A stretch of 64,000 bases of DNA from Pseudomonadota bacterium (GCA_021839245.1 JAKCBQ010000005.1:4043-68042), one strand, 5' to 3'; numbered from the stretch's first letter, positions 35,472 to 45,277 are shown. Made by a program: numbers and translations. The notes: generated from the sequence alone by a model not told the origin.

Positions 35472-35538
35472 GAACCGGGTCGGACGTGACAACGCGCTAC
35501 GTTTCGATGGTCCGTGTGTTGACTTCAAGGAGTCCGTG

Positions 35539-38007
35539 ATGCCTCATTTTGCGACGTTCTGGTCCATCCTTTGGTGGGTCCTTTTTATCCCGCCTCTCCT
35601 CGTCGATTTCTACCGGCGAACCCGTCTTCCGTGGGTGAGCGCTCGCCTTCTTCTCCTCCTCGTCCTGGCCAGCCTCGTCCCGACGATGCCCGCCGGAATC
35701 CTGTGGGCTCTGTGGATCGTGGTGGGGCTGGCTCTTCTTCTTCTCCATACGCCCCCGCTGCGGCGCCTCGTTCTCACGGGCCCCATCTTCGCGCTCTACC
35801 GACGGGTTCTGCCGGCGATGTCTGCGACGGAGCGCGAGGCCTTGAACGCGGGGGATGTCGGTTGGGAGGGAGAACTTTTCACGGGTCGCCCCCACTGGGA
35901 GAAACTCCACGCGCTCCCGTCCGCTCGCCTGAGCCCCGAGGAACAAGCCTTTCTTGACGGACCCGTCGAAGAGCTCTGCGCCCGTCTTGACGACTGGAAA
36001 ATCACGCACGAATGGGGGGATCTCCCGCCCGAGATCTGGACGTTTCTCAAAGAGAAGCGGTTCTTCGCGATGATTATTCCGAAAATCTACGGGGGACTGG
36101 AATTTTCGAATTACGCACATTCCGAAGTTCTGTTACGGATCGCCTCACGCAGCATGACCGCGGCTTCGGTCATCGCCGTTCCCAATTCGCTCGGCCCGGC
36201 GGAACTCCTGCTTCACTACGGGACCGAGGAACAGAAAAGCCACTATCTGCCACGCCTCGCTCGCGGCGAGGAGGTGCCGTGCTTCGCCTTGACCGCGCCT
36301 GCGGCAGGTTCCGACGCCGCCTCAATGCTGGATCGGGCCGTGGTGATCCGTGAGCGTCGCGACGGGCGCGAGGTTCTCGCTCTTCGTCTCGATTTCGACA
36401 AGCGCTACATCACGCTCGCGCCCGTGGCGACCGTGATTGGCCTGGCCGTTCGTGTGTTCGATCCCGATCGTCTCCTCGGCGGTGATGTCGATCGCGGGAT
36501 CACCTGTCTTCTGCTCCCGCGGACGACGCCTGGGCTCGAGATCGGACGCCGACACTTTGCACTGAACACACCGTTTGCGAACGGACCGGTACGCGGGCAC
36601 GGCCTCGTCGCTCCGCTCGACGCGGTGATCGGCGGGGAGAAAATGATCGGTCAGGGCTGGCGCATGCTCATGGAGAACCTGGCCGCGGGGCGGTCGATCT
36701 CACTGCCTTCAAATGCCACCGGCGCGGCCAAGCTGGCGGTGCGGACAAGCGGGGCTTATGCCCGTGTGCGCCGTCAATTCCACGTTCCGATCGCCCGTTT
36801 CGAGGGGGTGGCTCAGGTTCTCGCGCGGATGGGCGGCACTCTCTACGCTATGGATGCCGTTCGTGCGGTGACTCTGGCCGCTTCCGACGCTGGAGGGCGC
36901 TCCGCCGTCACGTCGGCGATCGTCAAGGCGCAAGTCACCGAGATGGGTCGTCGGATTGCGATGGACGCGATGGACATCCACGGCGGCAAGGGCATCATGC
37001 TCGGGCCGCGCAATTACTTGGGACGCGGGTTCGAGGCCGTTCCTATTGCCATCACCGTCGAAGGGGCGAACCTCCTCACGCGCAACCTCATCATCTTTGG
37101 CCAAGGTGCGGTTCGGGCGCATCCTTACGTGTTCCGCGAGATGGAGGCCGCGCGCGACCCCGATCCCGCGGCCGGACGTCGCGCCTTCGATCGGCTCATT
37201 GTCGCCCACATCGGCTTTTTCCTCAGCAACGCGGTCCGAGCCTTTGTGATGGGTCTTCACGCCGCCCGCTTCGCCCCCAGTCCCGTCCGTGGCTCTCTCC
37301 GACGGTACTACCAGCATCTCAACCGCTACAGTGCGGCCTTCGCGCTTCTGGCCGACGGGAGCATGTTCGCGCTCGGCGGGAATCTCAAGCGACGCGAAGC
37401 TCTTTCGGCGCGTCTCGCCGACATGCTGAGTTCTCTTTACATCGCCTCGTGTGTGCTCAAGCATTACGAGGACCACGGACGGCCGGCGGAGGAGGAGGAC
37501 GCCGTGAGTTGGGCGGTTCGTGATCTCGTTTACGCCTTCCAGGAACAGGCGCACGGTCTTCTGCGTAATTTCCCCAACCGTTTCATGGCGGCGATTCTTC
37601 GCGTGGCCGTTTTCCCGACAGGTCGGAGCTACTCGGCCCCGTCCGACGCGGTTGGGTTCCGCGTCGCCGCCCGTCTGTGCGAGGATTCGCTCTTCCGGCA
37701 AACCCTGGTCCACGGTTCCTACGCCACCGAGCCTGAAGCCGGACACGTCGCTCTCCTTGAGGCCGCGCTTCGTCTCGCTCCGGAAGTCGAGGACATCGAG
37801 CGGCGCTTGCGGACGACGCTTGGAGAGGTCCCCCCCGGGGTCTTGGGCGAGCGGGCCCGCCTGAACGTGGCGGTCGAGCGGGGTCTTCTCGACAGTCGCG
37901 AGCGCGACCTCCTCGTCCGCTACTACGATCTGGTCGACGAGATCGTGGCGGTAGACGATTTCGATCGCCGTGAGCTTGGCACCCATCCACTGCCCTCCAG
38001 CGGCTGA
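35539..38007 (+). CDS. fadE: Acyl-CoA dehydrogenase FadE (large, about 820 aa)
   Basis: AAGGAG ribosome-binding site 7 nt before the ATG at 35539. N-terminal membrane-associated segment, central ACAD domain, long C-terminal DUF1974-like region as in E. coli FadE. Confidence 0.8.
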   Translation: MPHFATFWSILWWVLFIPPLLVDFYRRTRLPWVSARLLLLLVLASLVPTMPAGILWALWIVVGLALLLLHTPPLRRLVLTGPIFALYRRVLPAMSATEREALNAGDVGWEGELFTGRPHWEKLHALPSARLSPEEQAFLDGPVEELCARLDDWKITHEWGDLPPEIWTFLKEKRFFAMIIPKIYGGLEFSNYAHSEVLLRIASRSMTAASVIAVPNSLGPAELLLHYGTEEQKSHYLPRLARGEEVPCFALTAPAAGSDAASMLDRAVVIRERRDGREVLALRLDFDKRYITLAPVATVIGLAVRVFDPDRLLGGDVDRGITCLLLPRTTPGLEIGRRHFALNTPFANGPVRGHGLVAPLDAVIGGEKMIGQGWRMLMENLAAGRSISLPSNATGAAKLAVRTSGAYARVRRQFHVPIARFEGVAQVLARMGGTLYAMDAVRAVTLAASDAGGRSAVTSAIVKAQVTEMGRRIAMDAMDIHGGKGIMLGPRNYLGRGFEAVPIAITVEGANLLTRNLIIFGQGAVRAHPYVFREMEAARDPDPAAGRRAFDRLIVAHIGFFLSNAVRAFVMGLHAARFAPSPVRGSLRRYYQHLNRYSAAFALLADGSMFALGGNLKRREALSARLADMLSSLYIASCVLKHYEDHGRPAEEEDAVSWAVRDLVYAFQEQAHGLLRNFPNRFMAAILRVAVFPTGRSYSAPSDAVGFRVAARLCEDSLFRQTLVHGSYATEPEAGHVALLEAALRLAPEVEDIERRLRTTLGEVPPGVLGERARLNVAVERGLLDSRERDLLVRYYDLVDEIVAVDDFDRRELGTHPLPSSG

Positions 38008-38576
38008 TCCGTCTGGGGCACAAAGAGCGACGAGGGGGCGCGGGGGGGGGCGAAGACGAGACGTAAGGGAGCGGGATTGAGGATCCCTCCTTCGGTCCCC
38101 GCGAGGGTGACGTGTTGCCAGAGGCGAGCGCGATGAGCAAGCCACCTTGCTCCGGTCCCCCACGGCCGTGGGGGACCACCGCGGCGGACGGCCCCTTCCG
38201 GGAAAAGGCAGACCGCCCCGCCGACGTCAAGGTGCCGTCCAAGCGTGCGCAGGGCAAACGGCTCGGTGGGCGAGAGGCTGACGAAAGCGTGACCGAAGAG
38301 CGTGGCGTAAGCCCTAAGAAGCTGGCCCCAAGGAGCCTTATGAGCGTAGTCGGGATCGACGCCGAAGAGGAGCGGGCGGCGCACGGCAAGGCCTAGTAGC
38401 GGTCCGTCGATGAAGCCGGGATGATCGGCTGTCAGGAGGAGACCGGATTCTTCGCTGGGGACGCCTTGGACAATGAGGGAGCGGTGGAGGGTCAGGAGTT
38501 TGAGAAGACGGAGGCGCAGGAAAGGTTCGGGCACGATGGATTCCTGAAAAAAGGGGGCCTGTGAAAAGGCCCCCAA
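37923..38576 (-). CDS. PlsC-family lysophospholipid acyltransferase (C-terminus questionable)
   Basis: HxxxxD motif (DHPGFID) and FPEG motif (CLFPEGAVRRG). The last 60 codons are low-complexity and overlap the fadE 3' end by 85 bp, so the true stop or frame is doubtful. Confidence 0.45.
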   Translation of the reverse strand: MGAFSQAPFFQESIVPEPFLRLRLLKLLTLHRSLIVQGVPSEESGLLLTADHPGFIDGPLLGLAVRRPLLFGVDPDYAHKAPWGQLLRAYATLFGHAFVSLSPTEPFALRTLGRHLDVGGAVCLFPEGAVRRGGPPRPWGTGARWLAHRARLWQHVTLAGTEGGILNPAPLRLVFAPPRAPSSLFVPQTDQPLEGSGWVPSSRRSKSSTATISSTRS

Positions 38577-38582
38577 GGGTGA

Positions 38583-38828
38583 TTAGACGACCCCGTGGCG
38601 TTGACGGAGGGCTTGTTCGGCCTCGTCCAGCTGGCGCCGGGTGAGATCGCCCCGCAGCCGTCGGCGGCCTGCGGTGATCATCCGCTCAAGACGCGGGCGG
38701 TCGCGTCGCGCGATCGCGGCGAATCGCGCGTGGAGCTCTTCGTTTTCCTCGTCGCGGACAGCCGCTTCCTCGTCGGCCGTGAGTCCGTCGAGTATTGTCA
38801 ACGCCCCGTTTTCGACGTCGTTTCCCAT
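38583..38828 (-). CDS. Small highly charged helical protein (81 aa), hypothetical
   Basis: ATG-initiated ORF MGNDVENGALTILDGLTADEEAAVRDEENEELHARFAAIARRDRPRLERMITAGRRRLRGDLTRRQLDEAEQALRQRHGVV. Could be a spurious high-GC ORF. Confidence 0.3.
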   Translation of the reverse strand: MGNDVENGALTILDGLTADEEAAVRDEENEELHARFAAIARRDRPRLERMITAGRRRLRGDLTRRQLDEAEQALRQRHGVV

Positions 38829-39171
38829 GAGAAGCACCTCGTGATGGACGGGCGACCGCACCCGCCCGCGGCGAAGACACCACGGGTGGTGCGGCACCCG
38901 CGCACGGGTGCCCAACGACGGTCCCAGGCCCCGTACAGAGTCCAAGGACCCCGAGGGGCTCCCTGCGCCGTTTCCTTGCGGAAGCGGCGCCGTCCGCCAG
39001 CGGCGGACGCCGGGCCCGCGGGCGGATTCGCCCGTTCCGGGAGAACGGGCGGACCAGAGCCGCGGAGCACACAGTCTTCTTCCGACCGCGGGGGTGCCAA
39101 CCCGCGGGCGGAGCGGGACACCACCCGCCCGAGCGCGCTCATGCCGCGCGTGCTACTCTCCCTGTCCGACG

Positions 39172-40029
39172 ATGGACGAAACGCTCCTTGATCTCCTTTC
39201 TCCGGTCCTGACCGCTGTCCGTGCGGCCGGTCGGGCGATCCTTGACGTCTACGGGGGACCGTTCGAAGTCGCGAGCAAAGGAGACCGTTCTCCGCTCACG
39301 GAAGCCGATCTTCGCGCCCACGGGATCCTCCACGCGTCTCTTTCGTCGCTCGCTCCGTCTTGGCCGGTGCTGTCCGAGGAGGGGAGCGCTCCCGCCTGGG
39401 AGGTCCGGAAGACCTGGTCCCGCTACTGGCTCGTCGATCCGCTTGATGGTACGCGCGAGTTTGTGAAGAGGAACGGTCAATTCACGGTCAACGTGGCCCT
39501 GATTGAGGGGCAGAGAGCGCGGTTGGGAGTGATCCACGCCCCGGCGCTGGGCGAGGCTTACTTTGGCATCGCCAATCTTGGGGCGTTCGCCTCGAGAGGG
39601 GGTGAGCCGTGGGAACGTTTGCGCGGTGGGCACGCCCGAAAAGACGGCGAACTTCGTGTCCTCGCCTCACGATCCCACGACGATCACCGCCTGGAGGGGT
39701 GGCTCTCTCTTCTCGGTCCTCACCGCAGAGTCGGCCTCGGCAGCTCCCTCAAGTTCTGCCGTCTGGCCGCCGGTGAGGCCGATCTCTATGTTCGGCTCGG
39801 GCCGACCAGCGAGTGGGACACGGCCGCTGGTCAATGCATCCTTGAGGCGGCGGGAGGTTGGGTTTGCGATCTAGCAGGCCGTGCGTTGGCCTACAACACA
39901 CGCGAGGGATTACGCAATCCCTTTTTCGTTGCCGGACGTGGCCCCGAAGAGCGCACGTTGGTACGCTCCCGGTTTCTCCGCGATGAGAACGAGCTTGCGG
40001 CTAGTGGCGACCGAGGAGACGGTGCTTGA
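39172..40029 (+). CDS. cysQ: 3'(2'),5'-bisphosphate nucleotidase
   Basis: Inositol-monophosphatase-fold motifs WLVDPLDGTREF and WDTAAG. Start MDETLLDLLSPVL. Confidence 0.85.
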   Translation: MDETLLDLLSPVLTAVRAAGRAILDVYGGPFEVASKGDRSPLTEADLRAHGILHASLSSLAPSWPVLSEEGSAPAWEVRKTWSRYWLVDPLDGTREFVKRNGQFTVNVALIEGQRARLGVIHAPALGEAYFGIANLGAFASRGGEPWERLRGGHARKDGELRVLASRSHDDHRLEGWLSLLGPHRRVGLGSSLKFCRLAAGEADLYVRLGPTSEWDTAAGQCILEAAGGWVCDLAGRALAYNTREGLRNPFFVAGRGPEERTLVRSRFLRDENELAASGDRGDGA

Positions 40030-40576
40030 GGCTGTGGGTGGGAGGGTGGGAGCCCAGCCAGATTCGCAGCAAGGCTTCGTGGAAGCGGTGTCCCGGGAAA
40101 ACACCAATATTCTTGCTGTCGAGACGGACGGTGGTGCCTTTGCCCGGAACGTAGTCGAGCAAGACCACGTCGTGGTTATGGACACGAGTCCAGAGCGCGA
40201 TGAATCGATGAATTTCGGGGGCGAGCGCGCGACGGACGTTCGGAGGATTGTTTCGGCGGAAGCCCGATTTCCAGGCCGAGACGAGGCTGCCGTGACCCAC
40301 GCCACGCAGAAAATCCATCACGATCCTGTCCGGGCCGTGCTCGGCCAAAGCCACGTGGGCGCTGTGGGTGGGTGTGGGAAGGTATAGGGCGCCGACGTAG
40401 ACACGGAAGAAAATGGCGTAGTACCGAACCCCCGCTCCGTTGAGCGCCAGGGTGCGCCCGCCGACCGTGACCGTCCGCGGGAGTGTTCGGGAGGCGATGG
40501 TGATCGTCGCGGGAGACGCCCGGAGTGCCGGAGCGAGAAGAGCGGCGAAGAGGAGAATGACAAGATAACGTCGCAC
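40001..40576 (-). CDS. Chalcone-isomerase-like periplasmic protein
   Basis: Signal peptide MRRYLVILLFAALLAPALRA. LNGAGVR..YVGALYL pattern of bacterial CHI-like proteins. Convergent 29-bp overlap with cysQ. Confidence 0.55.
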   Translation of the reverse strand: MRRYLVILLFAALLAPALRASPATITIASRTLPRTVTVGGRTLALNGAGVRYYAIFFRVYVGALYLPTPTHSAHVALAEHGPDRIVMDFLRGVGHGSLVSAWKSGFRRNNPPNVRRALAPEIHRFIALWTRVHNHDVVLLDYVPGKGTTVRLDSKNIGVFPGHRFHEALLRIWLGSHPPTHSLKHRLLGRH

Positions 40577-40654
40577 GGGCGGGAACTCCCTGGTGTCTGA
40601 AGATACCCGTATCCTGCCACGAGGAGCGGGGTCTTGTCCACTGTCCTCTTTCGC

Positions 40655-41029
40655 TCAATCTCCTTCGGGAGCGTAGAGCGCGCCCGAGGTCGGGGTTTCT
40701 CCAACCTCGACGGCGACGAGCTCGGGCAGAGCGGGCTTGAGTGTGCGGTACAGCCAGACGGCCAGGATCTCGGACGTCGGGTTCTCGAGGCCGGGGATAT
40801 CGTTGAGACAACGGTGGTCGAGCTTCTCACGAACGGGTGCGAAGGCCGCCGTCACCTCGGCAAAATCGCGCACCCACCCCTCGGGGGTCTGCAGTGGCCC
40901 GCGCAGACGCAGCTCGATGCGGTAACTATGTCCGTGCAGACGGGCGCATTTGTGCCCGGGGGGGGTGTGGGGAAGACGGTGCGCGCACTCGAGATGGAAC
41001 GTCTTGTGGATCAGGCAGGTCTCGGGCAC
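40655..41029 (-). CDS. queD: 6-carboxy-5,6,7,8-tetrahydropterin synthase
   Basis: FHLECAHRLPHTPPGHKCARLHGHSY matches the QueD/PTPS zinc site (CxH..H..GH). Probable GTG start at 41029. The ORF tool extends to 41233. Confidence 0.75.
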   Translation of the reverse strand: MPETCLIHKTFHLECAHRLPHTPPGHKCARLHGHSYRIELRLRGPLQTPEGWVRDFAEVTAAFAPVREKLDHRCLNDIPGLENPTSEILAVWLYRTLKPALPELVAVEVGETPTSGALYAPEGD

Positions 41030-41042
41030 GGTCCGCCGGAGC

Positions 41043-41708
41043 TCAGAATCCGTAGCGGAAAGAGAGCGTCGCCCCGTGCCAACGTCCGCCGTCGACGAAA
41101 AGAGCAATACGGCCACCTTCCGAGGTGACGTAAGAGATCCCGCCGTAGGGTCCGGCGAGTGTCTCCCCGTCGACCGCAAGCGTCTCCGCGTGCGGTGAGG
41201 CCAGGAGTTCGTTCCCCTCGAGGTGGCGGACATAACCGCCGCCCGAAAGTCTCAGGTGACCGTAGCTCAACCAGAGCCCAAGGCGGGCTCCGGCGTCGTA
41301 CCAGTGGAGGCGGTTGTGCCCCCCCGGGACGCTGGATGAGGCGTCATGGTAGGTGTCCCCTCCGCTTAGTGTGACACCGAGGTCGCTCGTGAGGGGAACC
41401 GTTCCGGTGGCGGTGACACCGACGTCGTAGCCGCTGACATTGAGTCCCGACAATGCGGGGTTGTCATCCTGGGTCACGCCGATATAGCCGCCGTGCAGAC
41501 CCACGAGAACGTAGCGACCGAGGTGATCTCGGAAATCGAGGTTGATCTCGCTGAGATGCGTGCCGTAGGTGACCCCCCCCACATCAAGGGGGAAGTGGAC
41601 ATCCTCGTAGGTGATGGCCGCCGCGAGCGGATGCGCCGAGAGGGGCAAAAAGAGGGGCAGACAAACGGCAAGCGCTGCGAGGGCGGTTGCGGCGCGGGGG
41701 GTCGGCAC
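41043..41708 (-). CDS. Small outer-membrane beta-barrel protein (OmpW/opacity-like)
   Basis: Signal peptide ending AHPLAA. Alternating aromatic/Gly-rich beta-strands. C-terminal ...TLSFRYGF. Confidence 0.55.
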   Translation of the reverse strand: MPTPRAATALAALAVCLPLFLPLSAHPLAAAITYEDVHFPLDVGGVTYGTHLSEINLDFRDHLGRYVLVGLHGGYIGVTQDDNPALSGLNVSGYDVGVTATGTVPLTSDLGVTLSGGDTYHDASSSVPGGHNRLHWYDAGARLGLWLSYGHLRLSGGGYVRHLEGNELLASPHAETLAVDGETLAGPYGGISYVTSEGGRIALFVDGGRWHGATLSFRYGF

Positions 41709-41759
41709 GGGGGATCCTCCCTCGGTGTTTGCAAGGATTGTAGCCGAAGCCTCGGAGTC

Positions 41760-42362
41760 TCAGGCGTGGCCGCCAGCGGCAAGGCGGCTGTGAAGAGGGC
41801 TCTCGCGCGGGAAACGGGCGCGCAAGAAATCCATCTGATCTGCCACGATCCTCTTGCCCTTGAGGTAGATGAACTCCGCGTGCGTGGGGGCGAAGGGAAC
41901 CGCGAGGAGCGTCATGCCGGCCTCCTCGGGTGTCCGCCCCGCTTTGCGGTTGTTGCAGCGTTTGCAGGCGGTTACCGAGTTCGTCCAGCTGTCTTCCCCA
42001 CCCCGAGACAGCGGTCGAACATGATCGCGGGAGAGGCGCGAGGGTGGGAAGCGGCCCCCGCAGTAAAGGCAGATCCACGCGTCGCGCCGGAAGAGAGCCG
42101 CGTTGCTGAGCGGCGGAATGTAGGGACGGTACAACCACGATCGGTGCGCGTCGTCGATTCGGGTGGCGAGGATGGCGTGCACGTCGAGGCGGCTTTGGCG
42201 GCCGCTCAGGGCGTTGATCCCACCCCGCAGACGGTAAAGGATGATCCCGCTGGCGTAACAGACCTCGCCGAGGACGAGCAGACGTGCGGCCTCGGGATAT
42301 TCCACCCAACCGATGGGTTGTCCACTCGGATCGGTGCGCAGGATCTGCCGGTGTCTGCTCAT
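41760..42362 (-). CDS. HNH endonuclease
   Basis: CLYCG...DHVRPLSRGG...NSVTACKRCNNRK HNH/zinc-finger motif. Confidence 0.7.
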   Translation of the reverse strand: MSRHRQILRTDPSGQPIGWVEYPEAARLLVLGEVCYASGIILYRLRGGINALSGRQSRLDVHAILATRIDDAHRSWLYRPYIPPLSNAALFRRDAWICLYCGGRFPPSRLSRDHVRPLSRGGEDSWTNSVTACKRCNNRKAGRTPEEAGMTLLAVPFAPTHAEFIYLKGKRIVADQMDFLRARFPRESPLHSRLAAGGHA

Positions 42363-42471
42363 GGCTTTAAGGATACAGGACCTAAGGGTTGATGCGATCC
42401 CGACGAATTGTGAGGCTACTATAATCTTGGGGAAGCCGCAGTAGGGTCGGGCCCATTCTCAAGGTCGCTTC

Positions 42472-43596
42472 ATGATCCGTCTCCATGTCCCCTGCGGACG
42501 GCGCCCCGGCGAGAAGCGTGTGCCCCTTGTGCCCGAACAGATCGCCCGTTTCGCCGAGCTGGGCTTTGCGGTCGCGATCGAAAGGGGTGCGGGCGTGGGG
42601 GCCTTCTACGACGACGGTGATTATGCGTCTGCGGGGGCCGAGCTCGTCGGGCCCGAAAACCGGGCACGGGCCGATGTCGTCCTCACCCTCGAGGGTCTGC
42701 CCGAGGAAGGCGAATGGAAGAGGGGGGCGCTCCTCGTGGGTCTCCTTCTCGAAGAGACGGATCGCGAGCGCCTCGCGGCGCTTGCAGGCCGTGGTGTGGA
42801 CACCTATGCTCTCGAATACCTGCCGCGCGTCTCCCGAGCCCAAACCATGGACGTCCTATCTTCGCAGGCGACCTGCGCCGGCTACCACGGTGCGGTCCTG
42901 GCGGCCTCGGCCCATCGGGCCTTTTTCCCGATGATGACGACCGCGTTCGGGACCCTGAAACCAGCGCGTGTTCTGGTTCTCGGCGCGGGCGTTTCCGGTC
43001 TGAGCGCCCTCGCCGCCGTCCGCCGTCTCGGCGCGGAAGCTTGGGGCTACGACGTTCGCCGGGCGGCGCGCGAGCAGGTTGAATCTCTCGGGGCCCGTTT
43101 TCTCGATCTCGGGATCGACGCGTCGACGCCCGAAGGCTACGCCCGGCCGCTCACCGCGGAAGAGCTTCGCCGACAAGACGACGGGCTTCTCGAGCGGCTC
43201 CCGCAGATGGATGTCGTGATCACGACGGCGCTTCTTTCCGGCCGTCGGGCCCCGGTGCTTCTCGAGGAACGCCACGTGGACGTGCTTCCGCCCGGAGCCC
43301 TCGTCGTCGATCTTGCCGTCGATGGAGGTGGAAACTGCCGCCTGTCGCGGCCGGACGAAACCGTCGTACGGGGGGTGAGGCGCATTCTCGCGCCGCGTCG
43401 GCCGGCCGCGGGGCTTGCGCGTCACGCGAGCACAATGCTTGGCCGCAACTTTCACGCGTTTCTCGGTCTTCTCGTCCGGGACGGCAAGTTGGGGAACGTG
43501 CCCGAAGATCCCCTCCTTCGCGCCACCGCCCTGACTCTCGGCGGAACCATTGTCCACCCCGCCTTCGCGTCCTCCGCGCCGGGAACTCCTGCGTGA
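42472..43596 (+). CDS. pntAA: NAD(P) transhydrogenase subunit alpha part 1
   Basis: Alanine-dehydrogenase/PNT fold with GAGVSGLSA Rossmann motif. Confidence 0.88.
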   Translation: MIRLHVPCGRRPGEKRVPLVPEQIARFAELGFAVAIERGAGVGAFYDDGDYASAGAELVGPENRARADVVLTLEGLPEEGEWKRGALLVGLLLEETDRERLAALAGRGVDTYALEYLPRVSRAQTMDVLSSQATCAGYHGAVLAASAHRAFFPMMTTAFGTLKPARVLVLGAGVSGLSALAAVRRLGAEAWGYDVRRAAREQVESLGARFLDLGIDASTPEGYARPLTAEELRRQDDGLLERLPQMDVVITTALLSGRRAPVLLEERHVDVLPPGALVVDLAVDGGGNCRLSRPDETVVRGVRRILAPRRPAAGLARHASTMLGRNFHAFLGLLVRDGKLGNVPEDPLLRATALTLGGTIVHPAFASSAPGTPA

Positions 43597-43886
43597 GTGA
43601 TCTCGTCGTCCTCTATCTCGGACTGCTTGCCGTCCTGGCCGGCTACGAACTCATCGCCCGTGTGCCGGCGCTCTTACACACGCCCCTCATGTCGGCGACA
43701 AATTTCATTCACGGGATCGTCGTGATCGGAGCTCTTGCCGCGCTCTTCACCGCACACGGGACACTGGCCGTTGCGGTGTCCTGGTGCGCGCTCGTGGCTG
43801 CCGCCGCCAACGTGGTGGGTGGGTTTGTCACGACCGAGCGCATGCTGCGCATGTTCCGAACGAGCCGGGAAGAAAAGCCCCGGTGA
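43593..43886 (+). CDS. pntAB: NAD(P) transhydrogenase subunit alpha part 2 (membrane)
   Basis: 97-aa protein with three TM helices. Overlaps the pntAA stop. Confidence 0.85.
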   Translation: MSDLVVLYLGLLAVLAGYELIARVPALLHTPLMSATNFIHGIVVIGALAALFTAHGTLAVAVSWCALVAAAANVVGGFVTTERMLRMFRTSREEKPR

Positions 43887-45277
43887 GCTCAAGCGGCGTT
43901 CTCCTGGCTGGCGCGGACTTCCTGGCCGCCCTTCTCCTCCTCGTCGGTCTCAAGGCCATGAGCCATCCGCGTACGGCACGCCCTGGTGTTGTGGCCGCCG
44001 GGGCCGGCATGCTCCTGGCCGTTCTTGCCAATCTCTTTCTCGATGCCTTTGGGCGCGGCAGCCTGACGCTCGCCTTTCTGGCCCTTGTCGCCCTTTTTGT
44101 GGGCGGCGCGCTTTCGGCCGTGCTCAGCCGCCGTGTGCCGATGACAGCGATGCCTGAGATGGTGGCCCTCTTCAACGGCCTCGGAGGAGCGGCGGCTGCG
44201 CTTCTCGTGTTTGCCCGTGTGCTTGCCGGGGGGACCCCCGGTCCCCTCGCCTTAGGGTTGGCCGTTTTTGCCGCTCCCGTCGGCAGCGCGTCCTTCGGTG
44301 GCAGCCTGGTGGCCGTGGTGAAACTTCAGGATTGGCGCCTTCCGACGGGCCGCCTGCCCGGGCGCCGGATCTTCACAGGGGCGTTGATTGTCCTCTCGTT
44401 CGCACTCTTCGCTCTGGCGCTTCTCGCCCGCGTCCCCGAGATGAGGATCCTGAGCGCGGGGGGCGCCCTTGCGTTGGGCTTTCTCGGTGGGGTGGCGCTC
44501 ACCCTGCCGATCGGTGGCGCGGACATGCCGGTCGTCATCGCGTTCTACAACGGGCTCACGGGTCTTGCGGTGGGCTTCGACGGTGTCCTTCTGCACAGTC
44601 CGGCGATGGTGGTCGCCGGTGTCGTCGTTGGGGCTTCGGGCACGATGCTCACGCGGCTTATGGCGCGGGCGATGAACCGCTCGTTGGCCGCGGTGCTCTT
44701 TCGCGGATTCGGCTCACCGGTTTCCTCTTCCGCGCCTGTCGAGAATGAGCCCCTCGCGACCGATGCGGCAGATGCCGCCGTGGTTCTTGCCTACGCGCGT
44801 GAGGTTGTGATCGTTCCGGGCTACGGGATGGCCGTCGCACAGGCCCAACACCGACTCCAGGATCTCGCCCGTCTTCTCGAAAAGCGTGATGTCCGCGTTC
44901 TCTTCGCCATCCATCCGGTTGCCGGGCGGATGCCCGGGCACATGAACGTGCTGTTGGCCGAGGCGGGGGTCCCGTACGATCGCCTCCTCGATCTTGAGGA
45001 GGCGAACGCCGCCCTTGCCGTGGCCGACGCGGTTCTCGTCGTGGGGGCCAACGACGTGGTCAACACCGACGCCCGCAACAACCCCGCGAGCCCTCTCTAC
45101 GGCATGCCCGTTCTCGAAGTGACACGAGCTCCGCGCGTTCTCGTCATCAAGCGTGGGCGCGGACGGGGTTTCTCGGGCGTCGAAAACCCTCTCTTTACGG
45201 CTGAAAATGTCCGCCTCGTCTATGGCGACGCGAGCGAGGTCCTCGGGCGGATCCTCGCGTCGGTTCGGGAACTCTAA
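43883..45277 (+). CDS. pntB: NAD(P) transhydrogenase subunit beta
   Basis: GTG start overlapping the pntAB stop. Multi-TM N-terminus plus C-terminal NADP(H)-binding domain (GYGMAVAQAQH). Confidence 0.85.
   Translation: MSSSGVLLAGADFLAALLLLVGLKAMSHPRTARPGVVAAGAGMLLAVLANLFLDAFGRGSLTLAFLALVALFVGGALSAVLSRRVPMTAMPEMVALFNGLGGAAAALLVFARVLAGGTPGPLALGLAVFAAPVGSASFGGSLVAVVKLQDWRLPTGRLPGRRIFTGALIVLSFALFALALLARVPEMRILSAGGALALGFLGGVALTLPIGGADMPVVIAFYNGLTGLAVGFDGVLLHSPAMVVAGVVVGASGTMLTRLMARAMNRSLAAVLFRGFGSPVSSSAPVENEPLATDAADAAVVLAYAREVVIVPGYGMAVAQAQHRLQDLARLLEKRDVRVLFAIHPVAGRMPGHMNVLLAEAGVPYDRLLDLEEANAALAVADAVLVVGANDVVNTDARNNPASPLYGMPVLEVTRAPRVLVIKRGRGRGFSGVENPLFTAENVRLVYGDASEVLGRILASVREL

Noticed and set aside
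35428-35538. Possible glmS ribozyme or riboswitch upstream or downstream of glmS.
   Set aside because: The glmS ribozyme is a Gram-positive 5'-UTR element. The glmU-glmS junction here is only 8 bp and no conserved ribozyme core is visible. The downstream hairpin is reported only as a terminator candidate.
38908-39171. Long N-terminal extension of cysQ (the ORF tool starts at 38908, adding 88 Pro/Arg-rich residues).
   Set aside because: The extension is low-complexity and overlaps the divergent small ORF. The conserved CysQ alignment begins at MDETLLDLL (39172), so the short form is called.
40176-40830. 211-aa and 170-aa minus-strand ORFs overlapping the chalcone-isomerase-like gene and queD in other frames.
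   Set aside because: Arg/Pro/Ser-rich low-complexity translations with no motifs. The in-frame CHI-like and QueD readings have clear family signatures.
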